A stretch of 64,000 nt of DNA from Vicugna vicugna. Its lineage: Eukaryota. The stretch spans positions 442,040 through 506,039 of the forward strand of contig MU058259.1 of the NCBI GenBank assembly GCA_013265495.1, given 5' to 3'. Of this stretch, positions 12,063 through 23,254 are shown piece by piece. A program made the position numbers and the translations under genes. Every line of letters begins with the position of its first letter. The stretch's first letter is position 1. Below the pieces are notes generated by a model that saw nothing but the letters and a program-made list of their open reading frames with translations, was not told the origin of the DNA and made no database searches.

Positions 12063-12567
12063 CGAAGCCGCCCGGCATGCCGAGAGATGAGGTGGTCTGG
12101 CCAAGGCTCCTGTTTTCCATGAGAGGTGGGTACGCCATCATCTCCAGGTTGTGTCCCGGACTGGGCTCACGCTGGGCCATGGCCGAGGTGGGTTGGGCCG
12201 AAGAATAGAGACTGCTGGTGCTGCGGGCTCCTGGGCTGCCGAAGCAGGGCACAGAGGAGCCCTGTGTGGGCTCATCGGGCGTGTAGCACGGCTGGTAGGC
12301 GTCTGGGCAAAGTGGCGGGCTCTGGCAGAAGCCCAGCTCTTGCTCCTGGTAGTGGGACTCCGGCTCCTGATTCAGGGACTCATCCGAGTGAAAAGACCTG
12401 CCTCCGAAGTTGCTATAGGAATCAATGTCCCGCCTTCCTACTGGTATAGTTGGGCTATAACTTTCAGGGTAAGAGAATGCAGCAGGTTCCTTTTTCCGCA
12501 ATCCCTGGGATTTGACCTTTTTAGAAAGCAGGTAATTATAATTTTTATATGCATATCCAAGTGGCTT
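12063..12567 (-). CDS. SCML1: SCML1 large central coding exon
   Basis: Lies within ORF 11986..12648; acceptor tcatttcag|AAG, donor TTCG|gtgagt; 505 nt, phase 0 to 1; contains FSYPESYSPT(I)PV(G)RR, matching human SCML1 as recalled. Confidence 0.9.
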
Positions 12568-12960
12568 CTGAAATGACACAAACCCAGCATAAACCGTGAA
12601 TGAGTGAAAAGGGCAATAAACAGTAAATACACTGATACTCATTTCCATGGAAGACTGCTTTATATTATTAAAGATAAATGCTCTATTTTGATTATATGAT
12701 TTTTCTTCCTCTTCAACCCTACATTTTAATTGCTTTTATATATTATGGTTACAAACATAAAAATACACATTGTCATATATTTTTCAAACCTAAACTTTAA
12801 GCATTTTTCCAACAGAGGTTTAGTCTCCCATCTGCTGCTACAGCAAGTATAGATCAGCCTTGCTAATCTCAGTTATTAGTTCTCTCTCACTTCTAACTGA
12901 TTGGCATCTTTAGAAACCAGAGGTTTATTATGGTTGTAAAAATATTTTTGTAACACTTAC

Positions 12961-13065
12961 ACGAGTTTGCCACAATGACTTCATACGAAAACGGTGGATT
13001 TTTGTAACCTTTCCATGAATAACATCAAACTTCTTATCCAGGTCTTGAATAGCATCATAGATGAC
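12961..13065 (-). CDS. SCML1: SCML1 coding exon
   Basis: Acceptor acaatag|GTC, donor CGT|gtaagt; 105 nt; [35 protein letters not shown], similar to recalled human [26 protein letters not shown]. Confidence 0.92.
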
Positions 13066-13684
13066 CTATTGTAATACAAACTGTTAGTAATTCCTATTTG
13101 GAAAGAAATGTAACATATAAGAAAATACCATAAAGCCAAACTTTGACTGTTAGAAACAAAGTTCTCAAGTGGTGAGAAATTTCTTGTTTCCCATTTGATG
13201 CCTGGTTGGTAGTGACACAGAGCTGAGCTGGCTGAGATAAGGAGCCCCGACCTCCCACTCAGCTACTCCTCGTCCCACAGGCATTTTAAGAAGCTTGAAC
13301 ACTGGAAAGTAAATGTACCACAAGCTCTATAAGCCATCACATTTATGTTGGAATCATTCTACATCAAGGAAGGTGCTATTTTAAGAAAAATATGTTCAAA
13401 TCTGCTAAAAGGCCAAAGAGCCTCTTTGCATGTAATGATGGTATAAATTAACAGGCAGTGAGTGGTCCACTGTGGAAAGAACAGTGAGTCAAATATAACC
13501 GATGTGACTTTTGGCATCAGAGTATTTTACAATCATGTAATTAACATTAACCTTACAAAACCTTTGAGTACATGGCCCCCGTATACCAGTCAGGTATGTG
13601 ACTGATAAAACCTGAGAACTGAAATACACAGAAATTTCATTCGGGCAAAAAATACACTTAAATAAAGAGCCCAGAGCCATTACC

Positions 13685-14230
13685 TCATTCATTCATTCAA
13701 ACAAACATTTATTCAGGGCCTACCCCATCAGAACCCCTTTGCTAGATGCTGGGAATGCAGACATAAAAACCAACCAACCAACCAACCAGCTCCTGCCCTA
13801 AGGAACTCCCATTTTTAGCTTGAGAGAGATGCAAGTAGAGAGACAATTTCAACAGAGAATATGGCAGCCTGGAACAGTGGATGTCGGGGGCTCCAGGGAC
13901 CGGCAACATCAACATTGTTGGAAATGCAAAATCTCCCACCTCAGATCTACCAAACTGGGAACTCTTGAGAGTGAAAGCAGCAATCTGTGTTTTCACAAGC
14001 CCTCTACGTGATTCTGATGCACAACCAAGCAGGAGACCCACTGGCTTACAGCACAGGCTCTAGGCGAACACAGTCGGGTTCAAGTACTAGAGTTCTGCCA
14101 TTATTAGTTGGGCAAGTTACTTAACTTCTCTTGTGCTTCAGTTTCCTTATGAATAGCATCAGGATGAAAATATCTGAGTTCTCTTGAGGACAAAACAACG
14201 TGCTATAGTATGTTAATACTAACATGATAA
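13685..14230. mobile_element. Cluster: L2 3' end (~13685-13860), MER5A-like DNA transposon (~13890-14045), MIR (~14060-14230)
   Basis: cattcattcattcaaacaaacatttatt (L2 tail); gaaatgcaaaatctc...aatctgtgttttcacaagccctctacgtgattctgatgcac (MER5A); gggcaagttacttaacttctc...cagtttcc (MIR core). Confidence 0.7.
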
Positions 14231-14454
14231 TAATACTACATGATGACTGGTCCAGTAGTGCTCAGTCACCTGTTATGGCCACGACACTACATGTACACAG
14301 AAGAATGAGACCTGATCCAGGCTGGCAGTCGAGGCAGGATTTTCAGAGAAGGAGATTTCTACATTGAGAATGAAGAGATGAGAAGGTGTTCACCAGGTAA
14401 AGATGCACAGAAGAGCACACAGGGCAGAAGGAACACTATATTCAAAAATACCCA

Positions 14455-14672
14455 ACAAATTAGGAATATGGGATCCACAGATAAAAACTACTATACATAA
14501 AATAGATAAGAAACAAGTATTTACTATAGCACAGGGAATTATACCCAGTATCTTATAGTAACATATAATGGAATATAATCTGCAAAAAAAAATCGCTATC
14601 CTCTACACCTGAAACTAACACAATACTGTCAGTCAACTATATTTCAATAAAAAAATTAAAAGAAACAAACCC
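14455..14672 (+). mobile_element. Short L1 3' end
   Basis: tatagcacagggaattatacccagtatcttatagtaacatataatgg...cacctgaaactaacacaatactgtcagtcaactatatttcaataaaaaaa; approximate TSD atacccaa. Confidence 0.8.
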
Positions 14673-15701
14673 TCAATATACCCAAACAGAAAAGAGGAAG
14701 TTAGATGTTTAGATAGTAAATAGAAATGACATTCAAAGAGCTCAGTTATGAAGGGAAGAAGAGAGGATAATAGCTGAAGAGGCCAAAAGAAATGATTTTT
14801 TAAAAACTGTAGGAGGATGAATATGCTGAGAGTGATAGAGACAGAGGCTGAAGATGTAGGGGAGAGAGGGACGACCAATGAAGGGAGGTGTCTGAACACA
14901 GGGGAAGAGGGTTGGATGCAGAAACCAGCGAAGGTGTTAGCCTGGCAGAGGAAAACACCTTCCCGTTTGAATGGTCGGGAAGGAGGTCAGCAGAGAGATG
15001 GATCCAGGCAAGTTTGTTGGCTGTGGGGAGAGGAATCAGGACTCGGGGGGAGATTTCTGTTCCACGTCCTCCATTTTCTCCATGAAATAAGAGACAAAGA
15101 TTGGGGTTGTCTGAAAATCACCGGGCAATGGTGGGCAAGGATCAAAAAAAGGAAAAGATGAAATGCTGCACCATGTGGCCCAGACTGGGAAGGAGCTGAA
15201 GAAAGGAGGGAGCTGTCAAATTAAGAGAAATGGAGAGGATCCCTGAGGGGTGTTTCAGGGCCGTGACTTTGGAATCTGGGCATTTCTTATTGTAGATGCT
15301 CTGTCTCACCACATCCTGCACATCGCTCAGAAGGTCCTGGTAGAGCAGTGTCAACCTAGTTCATCATGTTTACTGATGTAAAGCAGGCCAGGGATGGCCC
15401 TGCTCAAAGTCAGAACTCTCTATGTCACCCCTACAGTCCCACCCTCTGGACATCCTTCCCCAGAAGACACCATAGGTTCCCTTTAAGTATTCCACTTCTC
15501 TTCTCAAGAGTAATAATGATAAAGACTCACATAAGCATCTTTTACTTTTCAAAGTATGCTAGCTCATTTTAATTAAGAAACTTTACATGTTAAGAAACAT
15601 TTTTTAATAAACGTTCTTTACTTCTAGGGTATGCAGCTCACAAAACCCTTGATAGCTTAATACTTTAGAAAACTACATTTGAGAGACAGAATCTTTTGTA
15701 C

Positions 15702-15776
15702 CTGGCAGTGAGTAAGGACATCCAGAACTGTTTTTTGTTGCTCTTCGTTGTAGGCTGTGTCAGACACAATATTTTC
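15702..15776 (-). CDS. SCML1: SCML1 coding exon
   Basis: Acceptor tattagcag|GAA (tandem TAGCAG), donor CAG|gtacaa; 75 nt; ENIVSDTAYNEEQQKTVLDVLTHCQ, similar to recalled human [25 protein letters not shown]. Confidence 0.9.
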
Positions 15777-17199
15777 CTGCTAATATTTTAAAAGTTAAGT
15801 AGTTAATGCTTCTGTAAAAGTCAAACTAAACACTACGAGAAAAAAAAACACTATATATCTATTTACTTAAATTGTTTTTATTTTCACCGACTTTTCAAAG
15901 AGTTTCAGAAGCCTTAATCTAAAGTAGAGACAAAATAAAAACCTTACATTAATATGAGAATGAAAATGATCACAGCTAATTAAGAGGAAGCAAGGAAATA
16001 ATTTATTAATTAGAAAGACCTAGGTTTAGTTTTGCCCTGAAGATGAGTAAAAATTACTCTGAGTTTCCTACTCTACAAGGAAAAGAGGGAAGTAAAATGG
16101 TTAATTGCTCACCGTCTAATGAAAGAAAGCAGACAAATTCAGGAGAGATGAGTATTTTCTTAAGTGTGAGTTTAGAGGAACTCTATGAAGATTTTAAAGC
16201 TTTTTCTTTAAAATGGTTAATATATTTGGCAAATGGCAATTAACTTTACTTACATTATTGAAAAATGCAGTATTTGGTTCATATGCATAAAGAACAGTGT
16301 TATCATCATCATAAGTAGAGATTCGTGTTCTTATCTAAGGAAGATTTATTAACAAATTAAAAGGAAAGATGATAGAACTCAAAGAAAAATTGAGGACTTC
16401 ACTTTCAAGAAGCTCCAAAAGCCAATTTGTGATAATAAAGGACCTCAGTCCATTGTAAATACTGTGACTACAGGAAAAGATGTACTTGCAAAACTGTTTT
16501 CTCATTAACCCAACATCATTTTCCTCTGGTGGACCTTGGGGTAGAGAGACTAGTCTTCTAGTAATTTGGCACCAGAACTGCTGTAAAAGCAAGTATTTCT
16601 AACTACAAGGAACCCTGTTCATGGCTTTTGACTTCTAAATAATCCAACAGTGCCACTTTGTGGACAAAATAGGAAATACTTAAGCACCTATTTTTCTTGA
16701 TAATTAATCCCTAAATCACCTAAAAACATTTTGGGGGGAATAAGGATATAAATAAGTCAATAGACAGTAAACAACCATTACATTTCATTTAATAACTCTT
16801 CATCCTAAGAATGGATTAAGAACTATAGGAATAATTTTTAACATACTTAGAAGTATGTATGTTTTTGTTTCAAAAGACAGAAACAAAATAATGTGGAATT
16901 GGGCTACAGAATAGTAGTTATAAAAGATACCGTCTTATCTTTATATAGTGCCTTATGCTTTTCAAAGTGCTTTCAAATAATTATGTGAAAAGAGTGAGGA
17001 AAAAGAATGACTCTCGGTAAGTAGTTACAATTTAAAAACTTGTATACAAATGTTCATGTGGCTTTATATATAACTGTCTAAAACTCATGAACTGTACATT
17101 TGCCATCTCTGCATTTCACTGTATGAAATTAATTTCAATTTAGAAAAGAAATAGAACACAATGAAAAGAACAAAGAGATTTTCGATTTGAAATACAAAC

Positions 17200-17229
17200 C
17201 ACATCAATTTCACTGGAGCCGCTAGACAT
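17200..17229 (-). CDS. SCML1: SCML1 first coding segment (MSSGSSEIDV); the exon probably spans 17200-17349 including 5'UTR
   Basis: AAGATGT start at 17229, donor GTG|gtttgt, upstream acceptor ttttcag|GAAT at 17350/17349; matches recalled human MSNSSSEIDV. The six exons sum to 1002 nt = 333 aa + stop with consistent phases. Confidence 0.88.
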
Positions 17230-18809
17230 CTTTTTTGTGCAACAGGAGCAGCTCCACTTCCTCTGAGTTGGGCCTAATTAGTTACAAACTTGCTGGAGGG
17301 TTTATTTGTGAAAGTGCTTGGTCACCTAGGACTGGTAAACCTTTTATTCCTGAAAAGCAATGCATAAAACAGTCACTTCACACATTGCCTTAATAAACAT
17401 AATATGGATATGTTCTCAGAATGCCAACTCAAGTTGAACTGGAGTCATGGCTGAATTTTGGAGAGTGACAAAACAAGAGTTCTTCCATTAACTGATTTAG
17501 AATAAACCTTTAAAAACTGAAGGGCTTTATTGCCAATGCACAGGAATAAGAATCAAGATCAAATACTGGTTCAAATTGTGAAATGAATGCTTCACAACGT
17601 AGAGGCTACAGAGTAAATGCTGGAAACAAGTGAGCAACAGCATGCTTCCTAACCGCTTCCGTAAAGGAGCTCAGAGACTTTTTACCCAGCGTTTTACCCA
17701 GAGAGGCTGCCGGCCTCCAGAGGTGATTCGGGAGTCTATTCCGGGTTGGGCCTCCACCACAGTGTGTGGCCGGGGTGACCTCTAAAGTCATCGCCTCCTC
17801 CCCCGCCAAGTGAAAACTGATTGAGATTATGTCTAAGGTCATTTCAGCGCTGAGAGTACAATTGCTTCCGTAGTCAAATTTTGTATTAAACTTTAAATAA
17901 ATGTATGTGAAAAATAAGCCAAAGCTCTTCTAGAATTATGTAGGCTCGGTTATGGTTCTCAGTCATTCAGCTGTTCGACCACAAAAAGACACTGAGTCCA
18001 ATGCTAGCATATTATATCTTGTAGTAGATTTGAACGCTGGCCTCACAGTACCAGGAGGGGTGTTAATGAGAGAGCCAATTCATTTATCCATCCTGCGCCA
18101 GGGCAGTAATGAGAGGCAGATCAAGGGAAAATGAACTTTCAAGTTAGAGAAATGCAGTCTAACATTGTGGAATAAATTCAAGTTATTAAATACCTCCAAT
18201 TTGAGCTGTAACTTAACCAGATTTTGCTTTTTTAGACTATGTTTATTTTTTCTGATTATAAGACTAATACAAGTTGTGAATACTTTAAATCATGGTTCTT
18301 CATACACAGGAAGACTACACAGCAATGAGAATAACCCAACTACTGTTACACACGAGGACAAATCTCACAACCGAACGATGAGTAAAAGCCAGACACAGAA
18401 AAGAATACAGCATACGATTCAACTGACCTAAAGCTCAAAGAAGCAAAAGTAAACAAGTTCTTCCAAATCAGTAACTTTACGTATACCGTAGTCACTTTAA
18501 CAATCTCTTAGTTTCCTATCTCGCAAACAGGCCGTGACTTATTGAGCCAGTCCCATTTCATGGATATTCACAAATCCCTTCTCAAGTCTGCTCTGACAAA
18601 GGACCTTGCACGGCAGCCTTGCACCTCCACCTGAGCTCGCACAGAATGAGGACAGTGAGTTTCCCAACTCTAGAGTATTTATTATACTCTCACCTTATTT
18701 CTAACAGTTTGGTTTTATAGATTTCAATATATAATTTTTCATTAAATATAGTTTCACTGCAGAAAATTTGGAATATACTACAAGGTATAGATAATAGTAT
18801 CTTACAGAT

Positions 18810-19830
18810 TTTACTGCTTACTCTGTGCCAGGCAGCGTTCTAAGCACTTGATATACGCTGATTCACTGAGTATTCCTGACAACCCTGCAGGGCAGGCTCT
18901 ATTATCATCCCCATTTTCCTTAAGAGAAAATTGAGGCAAGGAGACTTTCAGTAATTTACCCAGGTCTCATAGCTAGTAAGTGGTATACTCTGGCTCCAGA
19001 GTCAATGGCTTTACTTCTTCATTATTAAAATCATCTGGAATCCCTTCTGTAACAATAACAAAATCCGAACTCCTACCATGGCCTACAAGGTCTTTACACA
19101 GGTGCCTCCACACCACTCAGAGGTCACCTCTTAACATGTGTCCCCTTGCTCTAAGCCTAAGATATTTACCATCTGGCCTTTTACAGACAAAGTTTGCCAG
19201 CCACTGTTACAGACCCTTAACAATCAGGCAGCTCCCTACTGGATTAATTACAAGGATGCTAACACTTGGCTGCAGACACAGAAGCAGCATACATTGGGTC
19301 TATCAGCAGATTCCCGACATTTCTGTCTCTGTGGGATATTTACAAATCAACAATGATCTTCTTGCACTCTGAACTTCTACGCCTGTCATCTCCTCTGCTC
19401 ACAATACCCTGCACCCTGCAAGACCTCTCCACTTCGGAGAACCAACTCAAAACTTAAAGGCTTAATTCAACTTCCATCTCCACAAAGCAAAGCTGCTATG
19501 TCACCCTATTTGGAAGTGACACTGCTTTCCCAGAAGTACCAGAACACTCACACTTTAATGCTTTTAAGGCAATTGTCACATGTTGGCTAGTTACAGAAGA
19601 GGCAACATCAAATAGCATTAAGACCTTAGGGTCTGGATCAGAATACAGGGTTTAGGTCCTAGCTCCTCCACCTGCTAGCTGTGTGGCTTTGGACAACTTA
19701 CTTCTCTGTGCTTTAAAAAAAATCCATAAAATGGGGATAACAGTACAAACCTCATGGAGTTATGAGGATCACATGAATTAATACATGTCAAGCGCTTAGA
19801 ACAATGACTGACATAACAAAGGTGTTTGCT
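18810..19830. mobile_element. MIR (-, ~18810-19010), MER58-like end (~19140-19207), MIR (+, ~19600-19830)
   Basis: attatcatccccatttt...gaaaattgaggc (MIR); atatttaccatctggccttttacagacaaagtttgcc (MER58 terminus); ctagctgtgtggctttggacaacttactt...aaaatggggataacagtac (MIR). Confidence 0.7.
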
Positions 19831-20042
19831 ATTGGGTACTATTATTTTATTATTTGGGTATTCATGACATCCTCCCAACAAATCTACTTGTTATGGAGCA
19901 TGTGGACAACAAATCCTCTGGATCATAACATGTCATTTTCATTCACACTGCACCCTTACACTGCAGATATAGCAACCATTTCTCCTAGATGAATTTTAAG
20001 CATTGTGCAAAGAATTGGGCTTTAAGAAATACTTAAATCTGT

Positions 20043-20182
20043 GGGGGAGGGTATAGCTCAGTGGTAGAGTGCATACTTAGCATGCACAAGGCCCTGGGTT
20101 CAATCCCCAGTACCTCCATTAAAAAAATAAATAAACCTAATTACCTCTCACCCCCCCAAACAATTTTTAATTAAAAAAAGAA
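20043..20182 (+). mobile_element. tRNA-Ala-derived camelid SINE (Vic-1 type)
   Basis: gggggagggtatagctcagtggtagagtgcatacttagcatgcacaaggccctgggttcaatccccagtacctcca with A and B boxes, A-rich tail; TSD aagaaatacttaaatctg / aagaaatatcgaaatctg. Confidence 0.92.
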
Positions 20183-20249
20183 AGAAATATCGAAATCTGA
20201 ATCCAAATGGCAAAACTTGCTATTTTGCTTTAGGCTGGGATTTTACCTC

Positions 20250-20505
20250 CCTTTTTTAAAAACATTTTTTAATTGAGTTAGTCATTTACAGCACTGTGTC
20301 AAATTCCAGTGTAGAGCACAATTTTTCAGTTATACATGAACATACATATATTCACTGTCACTTTTTTTTTCACTGTGAGCTACCACAAGATCTTGTATAT
20401 ATTTCCCTGTGCTATATCGTATAATCTTGTTTATCTATTCTACATATGCCTGTCAGTTATCTACAAATTTCGAACTCTCAGTCTATCCCTTCCCACCCAC
20501 CCCCC
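20250..20505 (-). mobile_element. Short L1 3' end
   Basis: T-rich tail then gtcatttacagcactgtgtcaaattccagtgtagagcacaatttttcagttatacatg...atatttccctgtgctata. Confidence 0.75.
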
Positions 20506-21654
20506 TGTGCCTCAATTTCTTAACCTATAAAGTTGGAATAATAGCTAGTTCACAGGGCTATGTAAGATCAAATGACTTAAATTAAGCACTCAGCATTTTG
20601 TCTGGTTCATAGCACAACGTAAGTTTTAGGTCCCCTTCACTTCTTCCCACAAGGTAAGCAACATTTTCTTAGAGCCCAACCATGACTAGATTATGTAAAA
20701 TTAATATAATTCGTTAAATTCAAAATCCTGCAAAATAAGTTTACTTAAAATGACGCCCATTTACACTTCATGATAAAAAAATCTAAACTCTTTAAAACAT
20801 AAAAACAAGAAAGCATCTGGTTTTTAAAAAGACACATTTTAGACATTTCAAAGAGATTTTTCAAACGTCACTTCAATCTGCTCCCAAGGTGTAAGGCATT
20901 CACTCGCCATCAATTTATCACAATGAGGGAAGAAAACATTGTTTCACCCGACAACCACTTCAAGGAATACTTGGCAAAACAGAGCAGATTACAATAGTCA
21001 GATCACTCCAATTTTTTTCTTTAACAAAACTGTGTCAGTGCACAGATAACGTTCTAAAAATCCTGTCAGGACTCTCAAAAGCAGCCCTTCTGTCCGTATC
21101 ACACTTTAGAGTGTAAATTCGGCCAGATGGAGGATAATGCTGCCCAAACTGTGTCCCATCGCCCAACAGGGAATCGAGCCTGCTTTATAAAACACCGTGC
21201 AGAAAAACTGCTTATAAAGTCACTACTTGTAAACATTAAACCAGTTTAAAAGTTTAGAGCAGAGCCAGTTAGAGGAAGGAGGGAAGCGATCCCTAACAAG
21301 TTATCAAACCGTGCTCAATCCACATCCTTACATTCTTTCACCTCGCTCACTAATTTACAACAGCGAGGCTGCACTGTCTTTGATCGAACGTGGTTGCCAT
21401 CAAAGCCTCAAAATCAACGTTCTCATCTCACAAAATGTTATAACAAACCAACTTGCTAGTTAATAGATTCTTTAAACTCAAAATTCTATATAAAGTCTGA
21501 GAGTCTTGGTCGTGCCTCGCCCCCCACCCCCACCTGCCAAGTAAGAGAATGGATGAAAAAGGATCAACTCTTCCCAGAAAGTCATCACCAAGTACTCAAT
21601 AACTGGCCAAATCTCCAAAGCTCACAAGCGCTGGCATCCCGGGCCAAGCGATGG

Positions 21655-21744
21655 GAACCATTCCGAACCAGCCGAAAGCAGCCGGAACTACCACAAACCA
21701 CTCCAAACCATCTAAAACCACCTCGAACCATCCCAAATCACCCC
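21655..21744. repeat. Degenerate tandem repeat, 9 x 10 bp
   Basis: gaaccattcc gaaccagccg aaagcagccg gaactaccac aaaccactcc aaaccatcta aaaccacctc gaaccatccc aaatcacccc. Confidence 0.85.
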
Positions 21745-21849
21745 ATCTGCAGCGCAGCTTAAATTCCAGCTTAGACTCGCTCTTCCGGAAAAACAAATCC
21801 TTTCTCTTGCCTGAGGTAAATGCTCCTTCCCCGCCCCCTCACATCAGAG

Positions 21850-22520
21850 CTCCCCAGCCGCGAAGCCAAATCGCTCCTCAACTGCTTCTAGCGCACACAC
21901 AAGGCAAGAAAGTTTAAAGGGAGGGGAAAAAATGCCACTGACAGACCTTTTCCGGCGCCAGAGCCTGCCACACTGGCCTCCAGAGGGCGCGGGAACCGGC
22001 TAGCGGTGGTGTGCCTCACGGAGCGGCGACCGGTAAAACCGTTAGGGCTACGCGACCGCTCGCACCGGAAGTAGAGCCAAATCACGTGATGCGCACTCCG
22101 CGAGCTCCACGGAAGTTGGGGGACCCAAACTCGCACCAGGAACCACCCGCGGTACGCAGGGTCCTCTGGCCAATCAGTGGCTGCTACAACACACGCCTGG
22201 GCCGTTAGCCAACCAATCCTGCCGAAACCTGTGCCGCCACTGTGGGGCGGGACGTTGCTAGGGAGATAGCCGAGGGGGTGGGGCTTTGCTTCCTACTGCG
22301 CAGCTGCAGTGCCTGCCTCTGAGTGTTCCAGAGGTGGTGGTGGAGCCCAGTGCTAGACCAAAGACACAAGCTTCTAAGGTTGAGGAGGATTTTGCGGCTG
22401 CGCTTGCCGGCGCGCGCGACTCTCCCTGCGGCGGTGCGGGCTCGTGGAGGCTACTCGCTAGGGTGAGGCGTGTTGGCGTGTGGCCTCCCCACTCTCGTTG
22501 GTTAGTTCTTTGAAGCTTTT
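21850..22520 (-). promoter_or_regulatory. SCML1: CpG-island promoter and non-coding first exon region of SCML1
   Basis: CpG-dense; CCAAT at 22170 and 22213, GC box ggggcggg 22243-22250, palindromic E-box atcacgtgat 22081-22090, ETS ccggaagt 22065-22072; ~4.7 kb upstream of the ATG exon. Exact TSS and donor not determined. Confidence 0.8.
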
Positions 22521-22679
22521 TTTTTTAATGTAATTCCCCGATACCACCGACGTAGACATTGGCTCAGTCCTAGGTGTGCACCTCAGTCCTGGAATTCGAA
22601 GGAGGAGGGGACTGGGTTTAAGCAATTGTAGTTTGGTACAAACCGGGAAAAGTTATTTTTAAAAGTTGTCTTTCCACAG

Positions 22680-22890
22680 GGTGAGGTATCACAGACCTTG
22701 GAGCCAGATTTGCTGGGTTTGTACCCCAGCCCCAGCATTTAAGCGCTCTATGGCTTTCGGCAATTCAGCTGAGGTAAACAGCTATGTACTTCAGTTTCCC
22801 CATCCGTAAAATGGGCACAGTGTGGGGGTGTACATGAGTAAACAAAGCACTTAGAAGGGTATCCAGCACATAAATTTGTGTAATAAAGGG
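22680..22890 (+). mobile_element. MIR
   Basis: ttggagccagatttgctgggttt...cttcagtttccccatccgtaaaatggg...aaagcacttagaa. Confidence 0.7.
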
Positions 22891-23254
22891 TACAGGACAT
22901 TACTTAGTGGCATATTGTCTTAGGTATGTCAAGGTTGCCCATTTTGGGAAGGAGGCACAGTATCAGTAATGATAGAAGCAAAGCAGGCTCCTTTGAAGAA
23001 AAGCCTTAAGTCTTTTCCGGGTCTAGAGAGTAGCTACAGGGAAAGTATACTGGACACTGGAAATGTATTCTTTCTCCTCTCAAACGCAAAGCAAGGTGAG
23101 AGCCCATTATAGAGACGATGTTTATTATTACTATTATTATTTTGCTCACACTTGTGCCATAGCAGTCCCCTCCTTTTTGTCCAGTTCCCTATGAAAAACC
23201 TGTTGTTTGTGAAATCCTAAGAATGTATTTACATAACAATGAAAAGAAGTCAGG

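Noticed and set aside
20043..20118. Apparent tRNA-Ala(AGC) genes (also ~4015-4091, 60463-60541, ~61018-61095, ~61190-61266)
   Set aside because: Disrupted stems, A-rich tails and TSDs identify them as SINE copies, not tRNA genes.
21655..21744. CRISPR-like reading of the periodic repeat
   Set aside because: Eukaryotic locus, 10-bp units, no spacers and no cas genes.
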